From NCBI GenBank assembly GCA_023953695.1, contig JAMLJG010000003.1:106885-170884 (forward strand): DNA of 64,000 nt, read 5' to 3'. This document shows positions 47,382-59,184 of this stretch, piece by piece. The DNA is from Kiritimatiellia bacterium (GTDB lineage Bacteria; Verrucomicrobiota; Kiritimatiellia; CAIVKH01). Under the pieces are notes generated by a model. The model searched no databases. It saw nothing but the letters and a program-made list of their open reading frames with translations, and was not told where the DNA came from. Numbering within the stretch: the first letter of the stretch is position 1; each line of letters opens with the position of its first letter. The translations under genes were made by a program, and so were the position numbers.

Positions 47382-48979
47382 GGCGACTCCAAAAGCGCAT
47401 CCGCATACAAAGGCGAATGTTTCTTCACATAGGTCAAAACTGCTGTCCGCGTGTCCAGATCGAGAAGCTTAGTCCGTGTTTCCGGTCTCTCTGCAATTTC
47501 TCTCAACTTCTTGTATCGGCCCCCACCCGAGGCAAGCGCGTAGGAATTAATGGCCACTTTCAAGCGCTGGCGAGGATGGGGAATCTTCCCGTCCTTCAGC
47601 GTCAAATTGACGGGTTTGCGCGCGCCACCGTCCACAGTCTTCCACTGATACCGCGCACCGAAGAGGCCCATAAACGACATGGGTGAACGGACCGCGCCAT
47701 TTTCTTCGAGAATCTCCAACAACTCGCCGGGCGTCACCTGCAGAATGGCAACGCGATTTTCATACGGAACAATCCGCCAAATATCGGCCATCGAAAGATC
47801 GCCCGACGGCAGATCGTGCTCATCTAGCACGCCATGCAGCACCAAATCAGCGCCACTCGCCACAGCGAGCGCCCGAGCGATGAGCGACTGTATGGGCGAA
47901 CTCCCATACTCATCCGTCTTCCAAGCAATCCGCCCCTTCGCAGTGCCCACGCGCTGCGCCAGATAGGACTCCGCCCGCTTCAGATCCGATGAAAACTCGG
48001 CCTCCATCTCGGCATCGCGCGGCACCGCTTCATCAATCGCATGCAACTGGGCCGATTTGCGCGTTACGCGTTTGGCGACTGTGTCATAAACCAAATCCAA
48101 CTGACCCAACCACGCGCCATAATATCCCGCTTGGGTGTAGAGAACCCGATCCTCAAGCCAGATTTCCGGAATCGGCTGATGGGTATGCCCCCCAATAATA
48201 ACATCGAACTCGGGAAACGCTCGGGCAACGGCATTGATCTCGTTGGCGTGATCATCGCCACGGCGTTTGCATCCTTGGTGGGCAGCCAACAACAAAACGT
48301 CGGGCCTTTCAGCGCGAACGGCCGGCATCACACGCTTCAAAGCATCAATGGAGCGTTCAAACATCGCATCGCCGAGCAAATCGGGTGTGGACCATGTGGG
48401 AACACCGGGTGTAATCAGGCCCACAATTGCAACTTTGATTCCGTCCACCTCGCGAATCAAAAACGGCTGTACGCGAGGAAATGGATGGGGCCGACCCGGC
48501 CTCGAAACGATGTTGGCCGCCAGCATCGGGGTGCTCGATGCATGGAGCAGACGCTGCATCTTTTCCAACCCCCAGTCAAACTCATGATTGCCCAGAATCC
48601 ACGCGTCGTAGCGCAACCAATCCAGCGCGCGAATCATGATGCGCCCTTGTGTCAAATAGCTCTCGGCTCCCCCCTGGTAGAGATCGCCACAGTCGAGGAG
48701 CAAGGTGTTGGGGCGCGTGTCTCGGAGTTGGCGAATTTGCGTAGAGGCGCGCAACAATCCGCCCACGTTTTCACGCCCATCATAGTCCGTTGTGGGCAAG
48801 ATGTGCCCATGCAGATCCGTCGTGTGTAAAATCGTCAGCTCGACCTGGCGAGCATTACTGGCAAATGAGCACGCGCCGAAAATGCAGATCGTCGCAACGC
48901 GAAGAGCGAAACGCCAACGACTATGCAATCTTGAGGTGATCGTCTGGAATACCCAAGGCATGGCGATGTGCAGCCACAA
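47378..48979 (-). CDS. Secreted bifunctional metallophosphatase/5'-nucleotidase (UshA-like)
   Basis: Signal peptide. Metallophosphatase motifs [13 protein letters not shown] and GNHEFD. The C-terminal 5'-nucleotidase domain is present. Confidence 0.8.
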   Translation of the reverse strand: MWLHIAMPWVFQTITSRLHSRWRFALRVATICIFGACSFASNARQVELTILHTTDLHGHILPTTDYDGRENVGGLLRASTQIRQLRDTRPNTLLLDCGDLYQGGAESYLTQGRIMIRALDWLRYDAWILGNHEFDWGLEKMQRLLHASSTPMLAANIVSRPGRPHPFPRVQPFLIREVDGIKVAIVGLITPGVPTWSTPDLLGDAMFERSIDALKRVMPAVRAERPDVLLLAAHQGCKRRGDDHANEINAVARAFPEFDVIIGGHTHQPIPEIWLEDRVLYTQAGYYGAWLGQLDLVYDTVAKRVTRKSAQLHAIDEAVPRDAEMEAEFSSDLKRAESYLAQRVGTAKGRIAWKTDEYGSSPIQSLIARALAVASGADLVLHGVLDEHDLPSGDLSMADIWRIVPYENRVAILQVTPGELLEILEENGAVRSPMSFMGLFGARYQWKTVDGGARKPVNLTLKDGKIPHPRQRLKVAINSYALASGGGRYKKLREIAERPETRTKLLDLDTRTAVLTYVKKHSPLYADALLESP

Positions 48980-50180
48980 CAGACTTGGTGATGCGAAACT
49001 CTTTCAAATCCCCCTTCAGGGGCGCTTCATACATCACATCCAGCATGATGTGTTCAAGAATCGCCCGGAGGCCGCGCGCGCCTGTCCCCTTCAGAAGGGC
49101 AATTCGCGCAAGTTCCTTCAAGGCGGTGTCCGTAAAGCTAAGCTCCACGCCCTCCATTTGAAGCAACTTTGCATATTGCTTGGTCATCGCATTCTTCGGT
49201 TCTGTGAGAATGCGGATCAAATCTGCCTCGTCCAACGCATTGAGCATCGCCACAACCGGCAAGCGTCCGATGAACTCGGGAATCAGGCCAAATTCAACGA
49301 GGTCCTCCGGCTCAATGCGAACCTGCGATTGGTTGCTGGCAGCAGTCGAAGCTGACACCTCCGTCCCAAAGCCCAACGCCCCGCGCCCCGCGCGTCGTTT
49401 CAGAATTTGCTCCATGCCTATGAACGCTCCGCCGCAAATGAATAGGATATTCTGCGTATTCAGCTTTAGGTATTCCTGTTGAGGGTGTTTGCGGCCGCCC
49501 TGCGGAGGAATGCTGGCGATTGTCCCTTCCAACACCTTCAACAGCGCCTGCTGAACGCCCTCACCCGACACATCGCGTGTAATGGAAACATTCGCGCCTT
49601 TCTTGGCGATCTTATCAATTTCATCAATGTAGATGATGCCCATCTCGGCGCGAGCCAAGTCGTAGTCCGCGGCCTGCACCAGGCGAAGGAGAATGTTTTC
49701 CACATCCTCGCCCACGTACCCGGCCTCCGTCAGAGTCGTCGCGTCAGACATGCTAAACGGGACATCCAGCGCTTTGGCCAACGTCTTTGCCAAAAGCGTC
49801 TTCCCGCTGCCCGTGGGCCCGATCAGGAGAATGTTGCTCTTCTCGATTTCCACATCGGCAAGGGGGCCTGATAGGTTGCCGCGATTGGCACGCGCGGAAA
49901 TTCGCTTGTAATGATTGTGAACGGCAACAGAGAGAACTTTCTTGGCAAGGTCCTGGCCAATTACGTGCTCGTCCAAAGTCGCTTTGATTTCGTGCGGCTT
50001 GGGGACAGCGAGCTTGGGGCTCCGAGCCTGTTCCGGGAGAGGTTCGCGAGTGATCAGCGAATGGCAAAGCTCAACGCACTGATTGCAAATATGAACGCCA
50101 GGACCGGCAATGAGGCGCATCACCTCCGATTGCGATTTCCCGCAAAACGAACATTTCGCTGTTTCCTGACGCGGCGGCAT
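48921..50180 (-). CDS. clpX: ATP-dependent Clp protease ATP-binding subunit ClpX
   Basis: N-terminal zinc-binding C4 motif (CSFCGK...CNQC) and AAA+ GPTGSGKT. Confidence 0.9.
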   Translation of the reverse strand: MPPRQETAKCSFCGKSQSEVMRLIAGPGVHICNQCVELCHSLITREPLPEQARSPKLAVPKPHEIKATLDEHVIGQDLAKKVLSVAVHNHYKRISARANRGNLSGPLADVEIEKSNILLIGPTGSGKTLLAKTLAKALDVPFSMSDATTLTEAGYVGEDVENILLRLVQAADYDLARAEMGIIYIDEIDKIAKKGANVSITRDVSGEGVQQALLKVLEGTIASIPPQGGRKHPQQEYLKLNTQNILFICGGAFIGMEQILKRRAGRGALGFGTEVSASTAASNQSQVRIEPEDLVEFGLIPEFIGRLPVVAMLNALDEADLIRILTEPKNAMTKQYAKLLQMEGVELSFTDTALKELARIALLKGTGARGLRAILEHIMLDVMYEAPLKGDLKEFRITKSVVAAHRHALGIPDDHLKIA

Positions 50181-50184
50181 ATTG

Positions 50185-50802
50185 CTACTTCCCCTTGGTT
50201 GGAGCCTTGCGGCTTCCGGTCACATCATCCACGAGACCATACACGCGCGCTTCCTCCGCGGACATAAAGAAATCGCGATCGGTATCCCGAGCGATCGCTT
50301 CAACGGTCTTGCCCGTGTGGTGGGCGAGGATTTCATTCAGCCGGTCGCGCAGGCGCAAAATTTCTTTTGCCTGAATACTGATGTCGCTCGCCTGTCCCTG
50401 TGCGCCACCCCATGGCTGGTGAATCATGATTCGCGCGTTGGGCAAGGCATGGCGCTTTCCAGCGGCTCCGGCGGCCAAAAGAACGGCCCCCATGCTGGCC
50501 GCCTGTCCGACACAATACGTCGCCACATCGCATTTGAGGTATTGAATCGTGTCGTAGATTGCCAGTCCTGCCGTCACCGATCCACCCGGGGAATTGATGT
50601 AGAGACTAATGTCCTTTTCCGCGTCCTCGCCTTGGAGAAACAACATCTGCGCAATAATCAGATTGGAGACATCATCGTTGATCCCTGTCCCCAAGAAAAT
50701 GATCCGCTCCTTCAAAAGGCGCGAATAAATGTCAAAAGCCCGCTCGCCGCGGCCCGTTTGCTCAATCACCATCGGAACCAGGATTTGAGAGAATTCACTC
50801 AT
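50185..50802 (-). CDS. clpP: ATP-dependent Clp protease proteolytic subunit
   Basis: Catalytic-Ser region GQAASMGA (Ser-His-Asp triad context) and IIAQMLFLQ. Confidence 0.95.
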   Translation of the reverse strand: MSEFSQILVPMVIEQTGRGERAFDIYSRLLKERIIFLGTGINDDVSNLIIAQMLFLQGEDAEKDISLYINSPGGSVTAGLAIYDTIQYLKCDVATYCVGQAASMGAVLLAAGAAGKRHALPNARIMIHQPWGGAQGQASDISIQAKEILRLRDRLNEILAHHTGKTVEAIARDTDRDFFMSAEEARVYGLVDDVTGSRKAPTKGK

Positions 50803-52118
50803 GTTGCCGCCACTTCCTTCTCAGAGACCGCGGCGTTCGCCAAGACGTGAGAAATCACCTTCTTGGTCAACACCTCTTCGCGGATCCGCTTGATCGCGTC
50901 GTTCTTTTCCAAATCGGCGCGTAGCTTGTCGAAAGGCATTCCATAGGCCATGGCCAAAGCGCGAATGCGGTTGCTCACATCCTGCTCTGTGACCGACACC
51001 TTCTCTTCGGCCGCAATACGCTGCACAATGAAGCGAAGTTTCACTCGTTCTGTGGCCGAACGTGTAGCCGTTTCAAACAACTCCTCTTTTCGCCCCTCAA
51101 TTTCCTCTGCGCTCACACCGCGATTTTGCGTGCGCTGAACCAGGCTATACACCTCCTGGCGAGTCTCTTCTTCGAGAAGCGACTGCGGCGCATCGAATGT
51201 CGCGGCGTCCAATAGCTGGCGCACAATCACTTGCTCCAGACGCTGGTCTTCAGAAATCTTGCGCATTTCGCCCATTTCACTCCGGATCCGCTCGCGAAGC
51301 GCTTCTAGCGAATCCACGCCGACACCCTCAAGAAATGCTGCATCAATTTCCGGCAGCACTTTCTTGCGAATGGCTTTCACCGTGGCCGTATAGCTCGCCG
51401 TCTTTCCTGCGAGCGCGTCCTCAGAGAAATTAGCGCGAAACGTCGAAGAAATCTGGCGCGTCTCGCCAATGGATGCCCCCGTCAAGCCTTCCGAAAAACC
51501 GGGCATGAACTCATTTTGAGCATCCGCCAAGAGCCAGAAATTCTCGCCCTTTCCGAGGCCCTTGGCATTGGGGAACAGCGTCTCGATAGACTGTCCTTCG
51601 AAGGTCCCTTCGTAGTCAATCTGGACAACGTCCCCAATTTGCACCGGACGATCCGTGACTTCGGCATAGGAAACCTGCTGTTCGCGCACTTCGAGCAAGG
51701 CCGAATCAATATCGGATTCCGTCACCGGATGAATCTCGCGAGTCAAGGAAATCCCTTTATAGCCAGGGAGTTCAAAATCGGGCGCGACATCCACAATCAC
51801 GGAGAACGCAAAGGGCTGACCTTCCTCCAACTTCTCCTCGCGCACATCGAGCACGGCGATGGTCGAAAGTTTCTCTTGCTTCACGGCAGCCTGGTAGCCC
51901 TCCGGCACCAAGCGCTCCTTCACGTCGTCCACAATTTCCTTCTGATAACGGCGACGGATCATGTCGCGCGGCGCGCGTCCCGGGCGAAACCCCGGAACCC
52001 GCGCGGCATTCATATAGGACGCCGTGACTTCGGCAAAAGCAGACTGCACGCGCTCGGCCGGCATTTCCACGTGGACTTCGCGGCGGCACGGACCGGACGA
52101 TTCAATACGGATGTTCAT
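50799..52118 (-). CDS. tig: Trigger factor
   Basis: Ribosome-binding N-domain, FKBP-like middle domain and C-terminal arm domain. Sits at the head of the tig-clpP-clpX operon. Confidence 0.9.
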   Translation of the reverse strand: MNIRIESSGPCRREVHVEMPAERVQSAFAEVTASYMNAARVPGFRPGRAPRDMIRRRYQKEIVDDVKERLVPEGYQAAVKQEKLSTIAVLDVREEKLEEGQPFAFSVIVDVAPDFELPGYKGISLTREIHPVTESDIDSALLEVREQQVSYAEVTDRPVQIGDVVQIDYEGTFEGQSIETLFPNAKGLGKGENFWLLADAQNEFMPGFSEGLTGASIGETRQISSTFRANFSEDALAGKTASYTATVKAIRKKVLPEIDAAFLEGVGVDSLEALRERIRSEMGEMRKISEDQRLEQVIVRQLLDAATFDAPQSLLEEETRQEVYSLVQRTQNRGVSAEEIEGRKEELFETATRSATERVKLRFIVQRIAAEEKVSVTEQDVSNRIRALAMAYGMPFDKLRADLEKNDAIKRIREEVLTKKVISHVLANAAVSEKEVAAT

Positions 52119-52178
52119 TCAGCTAATCTCCCAGAAAAGAAACGGTCTACAATAAATATCCATCCGGCGCTCGTCAAT

Positions 52179-53927
52179 CTACCAACGCGGAAGGCTTTCA
52201 CTATATCCATAGGGAACAGTCAACCCATAGCGAGCAGCCGTGGACCGTATAACGGGTATCAGGGCCGCATCGCCGGTGCGTGTGTGCTCGCCAATCAAAT
52301 AGTAGATCCGATGCCACGCCCAGCGTTTCCGCAGGTCCTCATCACCCGGTGTCGCGCGGGACAAATCGAGCGGGAAAATGAGATCGCGCGTTTCGCCCCC
52401 ACTCTGCCCGACCACTTGGAAGGCAATCTCGGCCTGCGGATTCTCCGCGCGACCATAGAGCAAGAGCGGCCGGTCGAGGAAAAGAGGAGTCAAGGCGCGC
52501 GGATAAATGTCCTGTTCGCTCAGACCGGCAAACCGATAGCGCAAATCAGTGAGGACTGGACGATGCGTCTCTTGAGCCCATCGATCCATCGCCGAAGGCA
52601 AGAGAGAGTCATCGGCAACCACGAGCGAATCGCCGCGATTCCGATAGCTGAGCAGGTCCAAGAGGAACCGATTGGCGCGGCGTCCTGCCCCAACGGAAAA
52701 CACCGACTGGCGCCCTGCGCTTTCGGCAGAAAAGCGATCGATGATGTCCGGACTGCCCGTCACACCCGTGGTCGGGCGTCCATCGGTGATCAGAACAATT
52801 AGAAAGGGGCGAGCCGGATCCTTTGGCAGCGCCGCCGCCGATGCCAGAGAGCCATAAACATCCGTGTTGCCCACGGCGCGCAGCGAATCAATGAAGTGCA
52901 ACGCCTGTTGACGCGTCTCGCCGTTCAGCGGCTGCCAAGCATCGTCAAAACAACGCTGAGTCCGATCGCTAAATCCAATGATCTGGAAGCGATCCTCAGG
53001 TCCGATCCAATCGAGCCAGCGCCGAAGACCCCGCTTGCACTCAGCCAATTTTGCCGGCGTAATGCTTTCCGAACAGTCCTGCAACAAGAGAATATCCTTG
53101 GGAATCACCGGCAACGCATCTTCGCCATACCGCATAATCTGGATGCGAAAATAGACGGCTCCTTCTTCATCTGCGGCCTTAAACGACTGTACGTCAAGCG
53201 CCAGATATTGCTCTGTGGCTGGCAGCACAACCCGCTCAGGATCCAGATGATTCGCGAACGAAGTCGCTTCGGGCAGAAAATCGGTCTGGGGCTCCAGCGC
53301 GCCCATGAGATTGGCGCCCCACCCCTCCGGCCACTCAACCTCGCGACTCAGCGCCTCCACCCCCTGCGCGCCCGCGCCACTGACCACCGATGAAAAATAG
53401 GCGGCATCTTCGCGCGGCAATGTCACATCCGGCACGCGAACGGTTCTCGCTATCGCTTCCGTGTAGCGGCGCGGCAATACACTCGCCTGCTCATCGGCAG
53501 ATTTCCGCTCAATCTGAATGATCTCTTCGCGCGGATCCCAAATCGCACGCGGTTCCGGAGCCGCCGGTTCCGCCAACGCCTGTGCTTCACCCTGAATTAT
53601 GCCAAGCGACACCTCGGGCGCAGAGGGCACCGGTATATCGAATCCCGACTTCAACGCCTGTGCTTCGCTGGCATCCAACGCATTGAGAACCTCCTTCGGG
53701 TTCTCCGGCCGAAAGCGAGCGGGTGGATGCTCAACCGGAGGCGGCTCCACCTGCACAGCGCCCAGCGCTAACGAGGGATAGTCAACCCAGCGCGAATGAT
53801 CAACCGGTCGGCCCAACGCCATCGGCGGCAGGCTTTCCAACAACGCAGCATGAAAGAGGAGTGAGAGTGCGGCGGCAATCGCTGCCCACAAAATTCGCCC
53901 TCCTCGCTTCATTGTCTGCACAGCCAT
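52179..53927 (-). CDS. von Willebrand factor type A (VWA) domain protein with N-terminal membrane anchor/signal
   Basis: VWA/MIDAS region DCSESI...ITDGRPTTG in the C-terminal half. Confidence 0.55.
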   Translation of the reverse strand: MAVQTMKRGGRILWAAIAAALSLLFHAALLESLPPMALGRPVDHSRWVDYPSLALGAVQVEPPPVEHPPARFRPENPKEVLNALDASEAQALKSGFDIPVPSAPEVSLGIIQGEAQALAEPAAPEPRAIWDPREEIIQIERKSADEQASVLPRRYTEAIARTVRVPDVTLPREDAAYFSSVVSGAGAQGVEALSREVEWPEGWGANLMGALEPQTDFLPEATSFANHLDPERVVLPATEQYLALDVQSFKAADEEGAVYFRIQIMRYGEDALPVIPKDILLLQDCSESITPAKLAECKRGLRRWLDWIGPEDRFQIIGFSDRTQRCFDDAWQPLNGETRQQALHFIDSLRAVGNTDVYGSLASAAALPKDPARPFLIVLITDGRPTTGVTGSPDIIDRFSAESAGRQSVFSVGAGRRANRFLLDLLSYRNRGDSLVVADDSLLPSAMDRWAQETHRPVLTDLRYRFAGLSEQDIYPRALTPLFLDRPLLLYGRAENPQAEIAFQVVGQSGGETRDLIFPLDLSRATPGDEDLRKRWAWHRIYYLIGEHTRTGDAALIPVIRSTAARYGLTVPYGYSESLPRW

Positions 53928-53954
53928 ATCCGCGCTGTGTCCTTTCTCGTGCGG

Positions 53955-55472
53955 CTAACCCTGCAAGGTCATCAAGAACTCGGCATTGCTCTTGGTCTTC
54001 TTCAGGCGATTCACAATCAGCTCCATCGCCTCAACCGCAGGCACGCCATTCAAAGCCTTGCGCAGAATCCATATCTTGGCCAGCTCGTCGGGATGGAGCA
54101 AGAGCTCTTCCTTACGCGTGCCCGATTTTTCCACATTGATTGCGGGGAATATCCGTTTATCAACCAAGTGGCGGTCCAGCGCCAACTCCATGTTGCCCGT
54201 GCCTTTGAATTCTTCGAAAATGACTTCGTCCATGCGACTGCCCGTATCCACGAGCGCCGTCGCAACAATCGTCAGACTGCCGCCGCCCTCGATATTGCGC
54301 GCTGCGCCAAAAAAGCGTTTCGGCTTGTGAAGCGCATTGGCGTCCACGCCGCCTGACAGGATCTTCCCGCTGTGAGGCGCAATGGTGTTGTAGGCGCGGG
54401 CCAAGCGGGTGATGCTGTCCAAAAGGATGATCACATCGCGGCCGCACTCCACCATGCGCTTCGCCACTTCGATAACGATCTCAGCGACCTGAACATGGCG
54501 CTCCGGTGGCTCATCGAAAGTTGAGCTCAACACCTGCGCCTTCGTGTTTCGCTCCATGTCCGTCACTTCTTCAGGTCGCTCATCAATCAGCAGGACGATC
54601 AGATGCGCGTCGGGATGATTGGCTGAAATGCTGTTGGCAATTTTCTGCAAAAGCACCGTCTTTCCCGTGCGCGGTGGCGCCACAATCAAACCGCGCTGGC
54701 CAAATCCGATCGGCGTCAAAATATCCATCACGCGCATGGAAACTTCATCCTGCTTCGTTTCAAGATTGATGCGGCGATCCGGGAACAGCGGAGTCAGGTT
54801 TTCGAACGGAACTTTGGACCGCTGTTTTTCAGGAGGGGCGCCGTTGATATGATCCACCTTCTGCAGGGCAAAGAAGCGCTCCTTCTCCTTCGGCGAACGA
54901 ATCTCCCCCTCGACATAGTCGCCCGTCCGAAGCGCAAAACGGCGAATTTGCGACGGCGAGACATAGAGATCTTCGGGACACGGCAGATAGTTGTTCAGCG
55001 GCGAGCGGAGAAAGCCAAACCCATCGGGAAGAATCTCGAGCACGCCTCGGCCGAACATCTGCCCGCCCAATCGTGCGTTGGCTCGGAGGATCTCGAAAAT
55101 CAATTCATGCTTGCGCAGTGCGCCCAGCTCAACCAGCCCATAACTATCCGCCACCGTCTTGATTTCAGGCACGGAAAGCGTCTGCAACTCGAACAGCTTG
55201 AGGAGTCGCGCCTCACCCTGCGGCCGGGGCGCTGGCGGCAATTCACCCACATTGCCATCCGCATTCGGATTCATCTCGGGCAAAGCACCCGGCGCGCCTG
55301 CGACATTTCCCGACTCGCCAGTCGGCTGTTCGTCGAAATCAGCGCCAGCGGGCGGCGACCAGGAATCCTGCTGCATATTCGGGCCATTGCGGCGCCCGCC
55401 ATGATGCCGATGGTGACGTCCCGAACGGCGTCCGCGACGATGCCTCATATTATTCTGTTGTTCATCCGCCAT
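53955..55472 (-). CDS. rho: Transcription termination factor Rho with an Arg/Gly/His-rich N-terminal extension
   Basis: Rho N-terminal and CSD-like regions, then the RecA-type ATPase ([14 protein letters not shown]) and canonical C-terminus. About 100 extra N-terminal residues of low complexity. Confidence 0.9.
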   Translation of the reverse strand: MADEQQNNMRHRRGRRSGRHHRHHGGRRNGPNMQQDSWSPPAGADFDEQPTGESGNVAGAPGALPEMNPNADGNVGELPPAPRPQGEARLLKLFELQTLSVPEIKTVADSYGLVELGALRKHELIFEILRANARLGGQMFGRGVLEILPDGFGFLRSPLNNYLPCPEDLYVSPSQIRRFALRTGDYVEGEIRSPKEKERFFALQKVDHINGAPPEKQRSKVPFENLTPLFPDRRINLETKQDEVSMRVMDILTPIGFGQRGLIVAPPRTGKTVLLQKIANSISANHPDAHLIVLLIDERPEEVTDMERNTKAQVLSSTFDEPPERHVQVAEIVIEVAKRMVECGRDVIILLDSITRLARAYNTIAPHSGKILSGGVDANALHKPKRFFGAARNIEGGGSLTIVATALVDTGSRMDEVIFEEFKGTGNMELALDRHLVDKRIFPAINVEKSGTRKEELLLHPDELAKIWILRKALNGVPAVEAMELIVNRLKKTKSNAEFLMTLQG

Positions 55473-56076
55473 GATCTCTGCTCCTTTTCACAAATTGATT
55501 CCAACTCTCCAAGACTGTCGCTCGCAGGGCCTCGCGCGATCCGTCATTTTGAATCACCACATCAGCCCGCTTCACCTTTTCTTTCAACGACCACTGTGCG
55601 CGACGACGCTGTTCAATATGCTCCGAACTCCAGCCGCGTTCCCGAAGGCGCTCATTCACAACCTCATCCGATGCCGCCACACACCAAATAGAGTCCCACC
55701 CCTCCGCTAACCCCGCCTCATAGAGCAGAGGGATCAGCGCAGCGCTGGGCCCGGACGACCTCTTCTCCTCGCGCCAATCGCAAATGACGCTCCAGATTCG
55801 CGGGTGCAAAATGGCTTCCAGCGCCACCCTCATTTTCTCATCGGCGAAAACATGCGCCGCAATCCTTTTGCGATCCAAGTCGCCCTGGCTGTTCACAACG
55901 CCAGCGCCAAACAGGCTCAACACCGCGTTGCGCGCATCGCCATCGCACTTCAAGAGATCATGCGACACCGCGTCTGCATCAAGAATTTCCACACCCAACT
56001 CTGCCAAGATGCGCCCTACCTCACTCTTTCCACAGCCCACTCCACCCGTCACCGCAAGTGCTGGAAACCTGTTCAC
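55462..56076 (-). CDS. coaE: Dephospho-CoA kinase
   Basis: Walker [15 protein letters not shown] and the CoaE fold. Confidence 0.85.
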   Translation of the reverse strand: MNRFPALAVTGGVGCGKSEVGRILAELGVEILDADAVSHDLLKCDGDARNAVLSLFGAGVVNSQGDLDRKRIAAHVFADEKMRVALEAILHPRIWSVICDWREEKRSSGPSAALIPLLYEAGLAEGWDSIWCVAASDEVVNERLRERGWSSEHIEQRRRAQWSLKEKVKRADVVIQNDGSREALRATVLESWNQFVKRSRDHGG

Positions 56077-58100
56077 CGCAGCGCGCGCTCCCCTTGAAAT
56101 CCCTCGGCCTGGAGTGTTCCCGCCACCCGCAATATCTCCACGGCCCGCGGCTGACGCGGAAAAGACTCCAACGCCGCGGCCGCAAATTGTGAAGCCGCCT
56201 TCAAATCGCCGCGCTCCAACGCCGCTTCCGCCCGCTTCACATCCTGGCCCGCCCTCACTTCATCGGCCGGCGAGATAATTCGATACGCCGAATATTTCAT
56301 ATTGCGCCAGAGCGGAACAAACCAAGTGGTGTCATCGGGATGAAACTCAAACCCTCGAGCCGCTGCATGGTCTGGGGGATTCAGCGCATTCACAAAATAG
56401 CGCATCTGGAGCTCGGGATGAACCGAGGAGAACTCCCCAAACGCATAAACATAATAGCGCGCCCCATGGGCAACCGCCCAATCGCGAAATGACTTCTCGT
56501 CCTTCAAGAACAACTCTTCTCCATATTCCTTCACGCGCTGTCGAAGCGCGGTATTTTCAAACTTGGGATGCAGAACAATCGCGCACTTCCCGTATGCAGC
56601 GATGGACGCGCTAGTCCCGAAATTTGCCAGCACCGCCTCCGGCGCCACATGGCGACTGAGCCAAGCTGTCAGTTCACTGATTTCCTTAAAATACACATTA
56701 ACGCGGCCCCACTGCTCTGGCCGGCGCAAGGTGTGCACACCCTCAACCAAAAGCCCTGCTCCCAACGCGAGCCCAACCAGAATCTTCATCCCGCGCCGCG
56801 GCGACGGGAGGAGAGACCAGCCCACACCGATCAACATGCAACTAAAGAGAGAAAGATAAACGTGGAAGCGCGTAAAGAGCCAGAAGGCTGCCACGGAGAC
56901 CGCCCACGCGAACAACAGCTCGCCGATTCGAAAGTCGAATCCTCTCCTTGCGTGAACCAACGCTAGGAGAACTGCGGGAATTGTCAATAGCAATAGCGTA
57001 GGAAAAAGCATCGCAGCCAATCGCCAGTCCGTGGAGTTCAAAGCCGGAACCCATAAAATCCGTTGTGCAAAAGTCAGGCGCGCAGGATCGGCGGGTTTCA
57101 TGTTGAAATAGCGCAACTTCGCCCACAACAGCTCGGCAAAATGCCCATAGGCGCCCGACGCAGGGAGGAGAAAGTGAGCACCCCAAACAGCAAGAAATCC
57201 GAAGACCACAATCCCGAGGCGCACGCGGACCCCATTCCACCCCCCCCCCGGTTTATCGAGCCAACACCGAGCTATTCTCAGCAAAACAATCGCGTGGGCC
57301 AACCCCATGGTCGGTGAAAGCAGCCATCCTTGTTCGCGATGATAGGGATTGAACAGCCCCACGGCGATCAAGGCTGCGTATTCTAACCACCACCCTTCTC
57401 GGATCAGCGATGGGCGAACCGAAGCGCGTACCTCGCGCCACACCCGAAGGAGAAGGCGGAGCGCGATGTAAAACTGAACCATATCCCATGAACAAAGAGC
57501 CCACCCCAAAAGCAGCGCTGCGAGAGATTGCCCCCCCACGCGAAGCCACCTCGATCGAACCTCAGGACTCCAGACGAGGAGAGCCCAGTGCCCAATGAGA
57601 AACGGCAGTGCAAAATTCTCGTGCGAAAGCTCCTGCCCAGTTGAACGAATCACGCTCGATAGCGAGATCGCGTAAAAGAGGGATCCCCACACCGCTGCGC
57701 CAAGATTTCTGCGCCATCCATAGAGGCCCAGTGCGAGAAACGGAATCCCCAGCGAAAACCACCCCGCCTCCAGAATGCGAACTCGCGTTGGAACCGGAAT
57801 ATGCGACGGAAAATACTTCGCTAAAGCCGCATAAAAATACTCCGCACCGAGTGTATAGGTCGTTCGAGGGTCAATCCCTTCCGGAAACTGCACCATCGCG
57901 TCGTGCGCCTGAATGCGTCCCGTGTCATAGACCATTTTCACCCGCCGATAATGGAGCGCGCTTTCAAGGGTGAACGGCAACTCGTCGCCAAAACGCTTAT
58001 ATTGAGCCTCCAAAATTGCCATCCGCGCCCCCATCGCGAGGGTGAACAGAAATAGGAGGCCGAGAGCCAATAGGACGATGCGTTGAACGGTCGAGCTCAT
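56073..58100 (-). CDS. Polytopic membrane protein, possibly a GT-C-fold glycosyltransferase, with a C-terminal soluble domain
   Basis: More than 10 hydrophobic helices and an early DE-containing periplasmic loop (GDELPFTLESALHYRR). The assignment is weak. Confidence 0.35.
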   Translation of the reverse strand: MSSTVQRIVLLALGLLFLFTLAMGARMAILEAQYKRFGDELPFTLESALHYRRVKMVYDTGRIQAHDAMVQFPEGIDPRTTYTLGAEYFYAALAKYFPSHIPVPTRVRILEAGWFSLGIPFLALGLYGWRRNLGAAVWGSLFYAISLSSVIRSTGQELSHENFALPFLIGHWALLVWSPEVRSRWLRVGGQSLAALLLGWALCSWDMVQFYIALRLLLRVWREVRASVRPSLIREGWWLEYAALIAVGLFNPYHREQGWLLSPTMGLAHAIVLLRIARCWLDKPGGGWNGVRVRLGIVVFGFLAVWGAHFLLPASGAYGHFAELLWAKLRYFNMKPADPARLTFAQRILWVPALNSTDWRLAAMLFPTLLLLTIPAVLLALVHARRGFDFRIGELLFAWAVSVAAFWLFTRFHVYLSLFSCMLIGVGWSLLPSPRRGMKILVGLALGAGLLVEGVHTLRRPEQWGRVNVYFKEISELTAWLSRHVAPEAVLANFGTSASIAAYGKCAIVLHPKFENTALRQRVKEYGEELFLKDEKSFRDWAVAHGARYYVYAFGEFSSVHPELQMRYFVNALNPPDHAAARGFEFHPDDTTWFVPLWRNMKYSAYRIISPADEVRAGQDVKRAEAALERGDLKAASQFAAAALESFPRQPRAVEILRVAGTLQAEGFQGERALR
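57240..57249. repeat. Homopolymeric tract: 10 consecutive C on the + strand, which is G10 on the coding strand of the 56073..58100 gene (encodes PGGGW)
   Basis: Counted directly from the sequence (ccac + ccccccccc + g). Confidence 0.9.
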
Positions 58101-58130
58101 TGAAGTCTAATCCAAGGAATGCACTCTTCT

Positions 58131-59012
58131 TTACAAAAGCTCCATCTGTGTGGGCGCGACGGCCTCCGGCACTAAAGATGACATTCCGAGGGGAACCAAC
58201 AATGCGCGAAGCTCCGCTATGCGCGGAGGGCGAACGACCAGGTCGCTTAGCTCAGGCATGGGTGTTACAGCCGTATCCAGTGTCGTCATCGCAAGATTGC
58301 GCGCCACAATATCGCGATGCGCCAGCAATGATTCACGGAGTTTATCGCTCTTCACTTCATTCAAATGGCTCCACATATCCTCAAGCGATCCAAATTGCTG
58401 CAGCAGTTTGGACGCTGTCTTGGGACCGATGCCAGGCACACCCGGGATATTGTCCACAGTATCACCTGTCAATGCCAGCCATGCAGGGATCAATCTCGGT
58501 GGAACACCTGTCTTTTCCTCAATCGCGACTTCATCCAGAGCGGGCGCATCTTTCACAGGCGCCACGAGGTGAATCGCTGGATCAACGAGTTGGAAAAGGT
58601 CTTTGTCATTCGTCGCAATGACAGCGGAGAGTCCGCGCTCCGACGCCTTCTTGGCTAACGTCGCAAGGACATCGTCCGCCTCCTGCCCCGCCACCCGAAT
58701 TCGGGGAATTGATGACGCATCAAGATAGGCATCCAAGAGGGGAAGCTGTTTTGCAAGCTCCTCGGGCATTTCCGCGCGCTGAGCCTTGTATTCCGGAAGG
58801 AGATTCAATCGTGTTGCAGGCAAGCCGCCGTCAAAAACCACGGCGATGTGCGATGGCGCGAAGCGATCAACCATGTGCCGCTGTGATTTCATGAAGCCCA
58901 TCAGCGCATTTGTCGGCGTCCCATCTTTCGACGAGAGCGGTGGAATGGCATGAAAAGCGCGATAAGCCAGCGACATCGCGTCAATAAGAAGGAGGCATGG
59001 AGTGTGAGACAT
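58131..59012 (-). CDS. 5'-3' exonuclease / flap endonuclease (Pol I N-terminal-domain-like)
   Basis: MSHTPCLLLIDAMSLAYRAFHA (PIN-like 5' nuclease N-terminus), a GIPGVPGIGPKTA helix-hairpin-helix motif and no polymerase domain. Confidence 0.85.
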   Translation of the reverse strand: MSHTPCLLLIDAMSLAYRAFHAIPPLSSKDGTPTNALMGFMKSQRHMVDRFAPSHIAVVFDGGLPATRLNLLPEYKAQRAEMPEELAKQLPLLDAYLDASSIPRIRVAGQEADDVLATLAKKASERGLSAVIATNDKDLFQLVDPAIHLVAPVKDAPALDEVAIEEKTGVPPRLIPAWLALTGDTVDNIPGVPGIGPKTASKLLQQFGSLEDMWSHLNEVKSDKLRESLLAHRDIVARNLAMTTLDTAVTPMPELSDLVVRPPRIAELRALLVPLGMSSLVPEAVAPTQMELL

Positions 59013-59184
59013 GAATTATGATTGCCCGGCAAACGAGCTATACTCAACTCCGCGCGCCGAGCATGAGGGCACCATCCCTCAGTGCTGTTCTCGTCCGAGC
59101 AATGTGATCTGACGAGCCAAAACGCCTTGACCCCATGCACAACGTGAAGCGAGCGGTCGCTCGCTCCGCGTTGCAGAGACTGGA

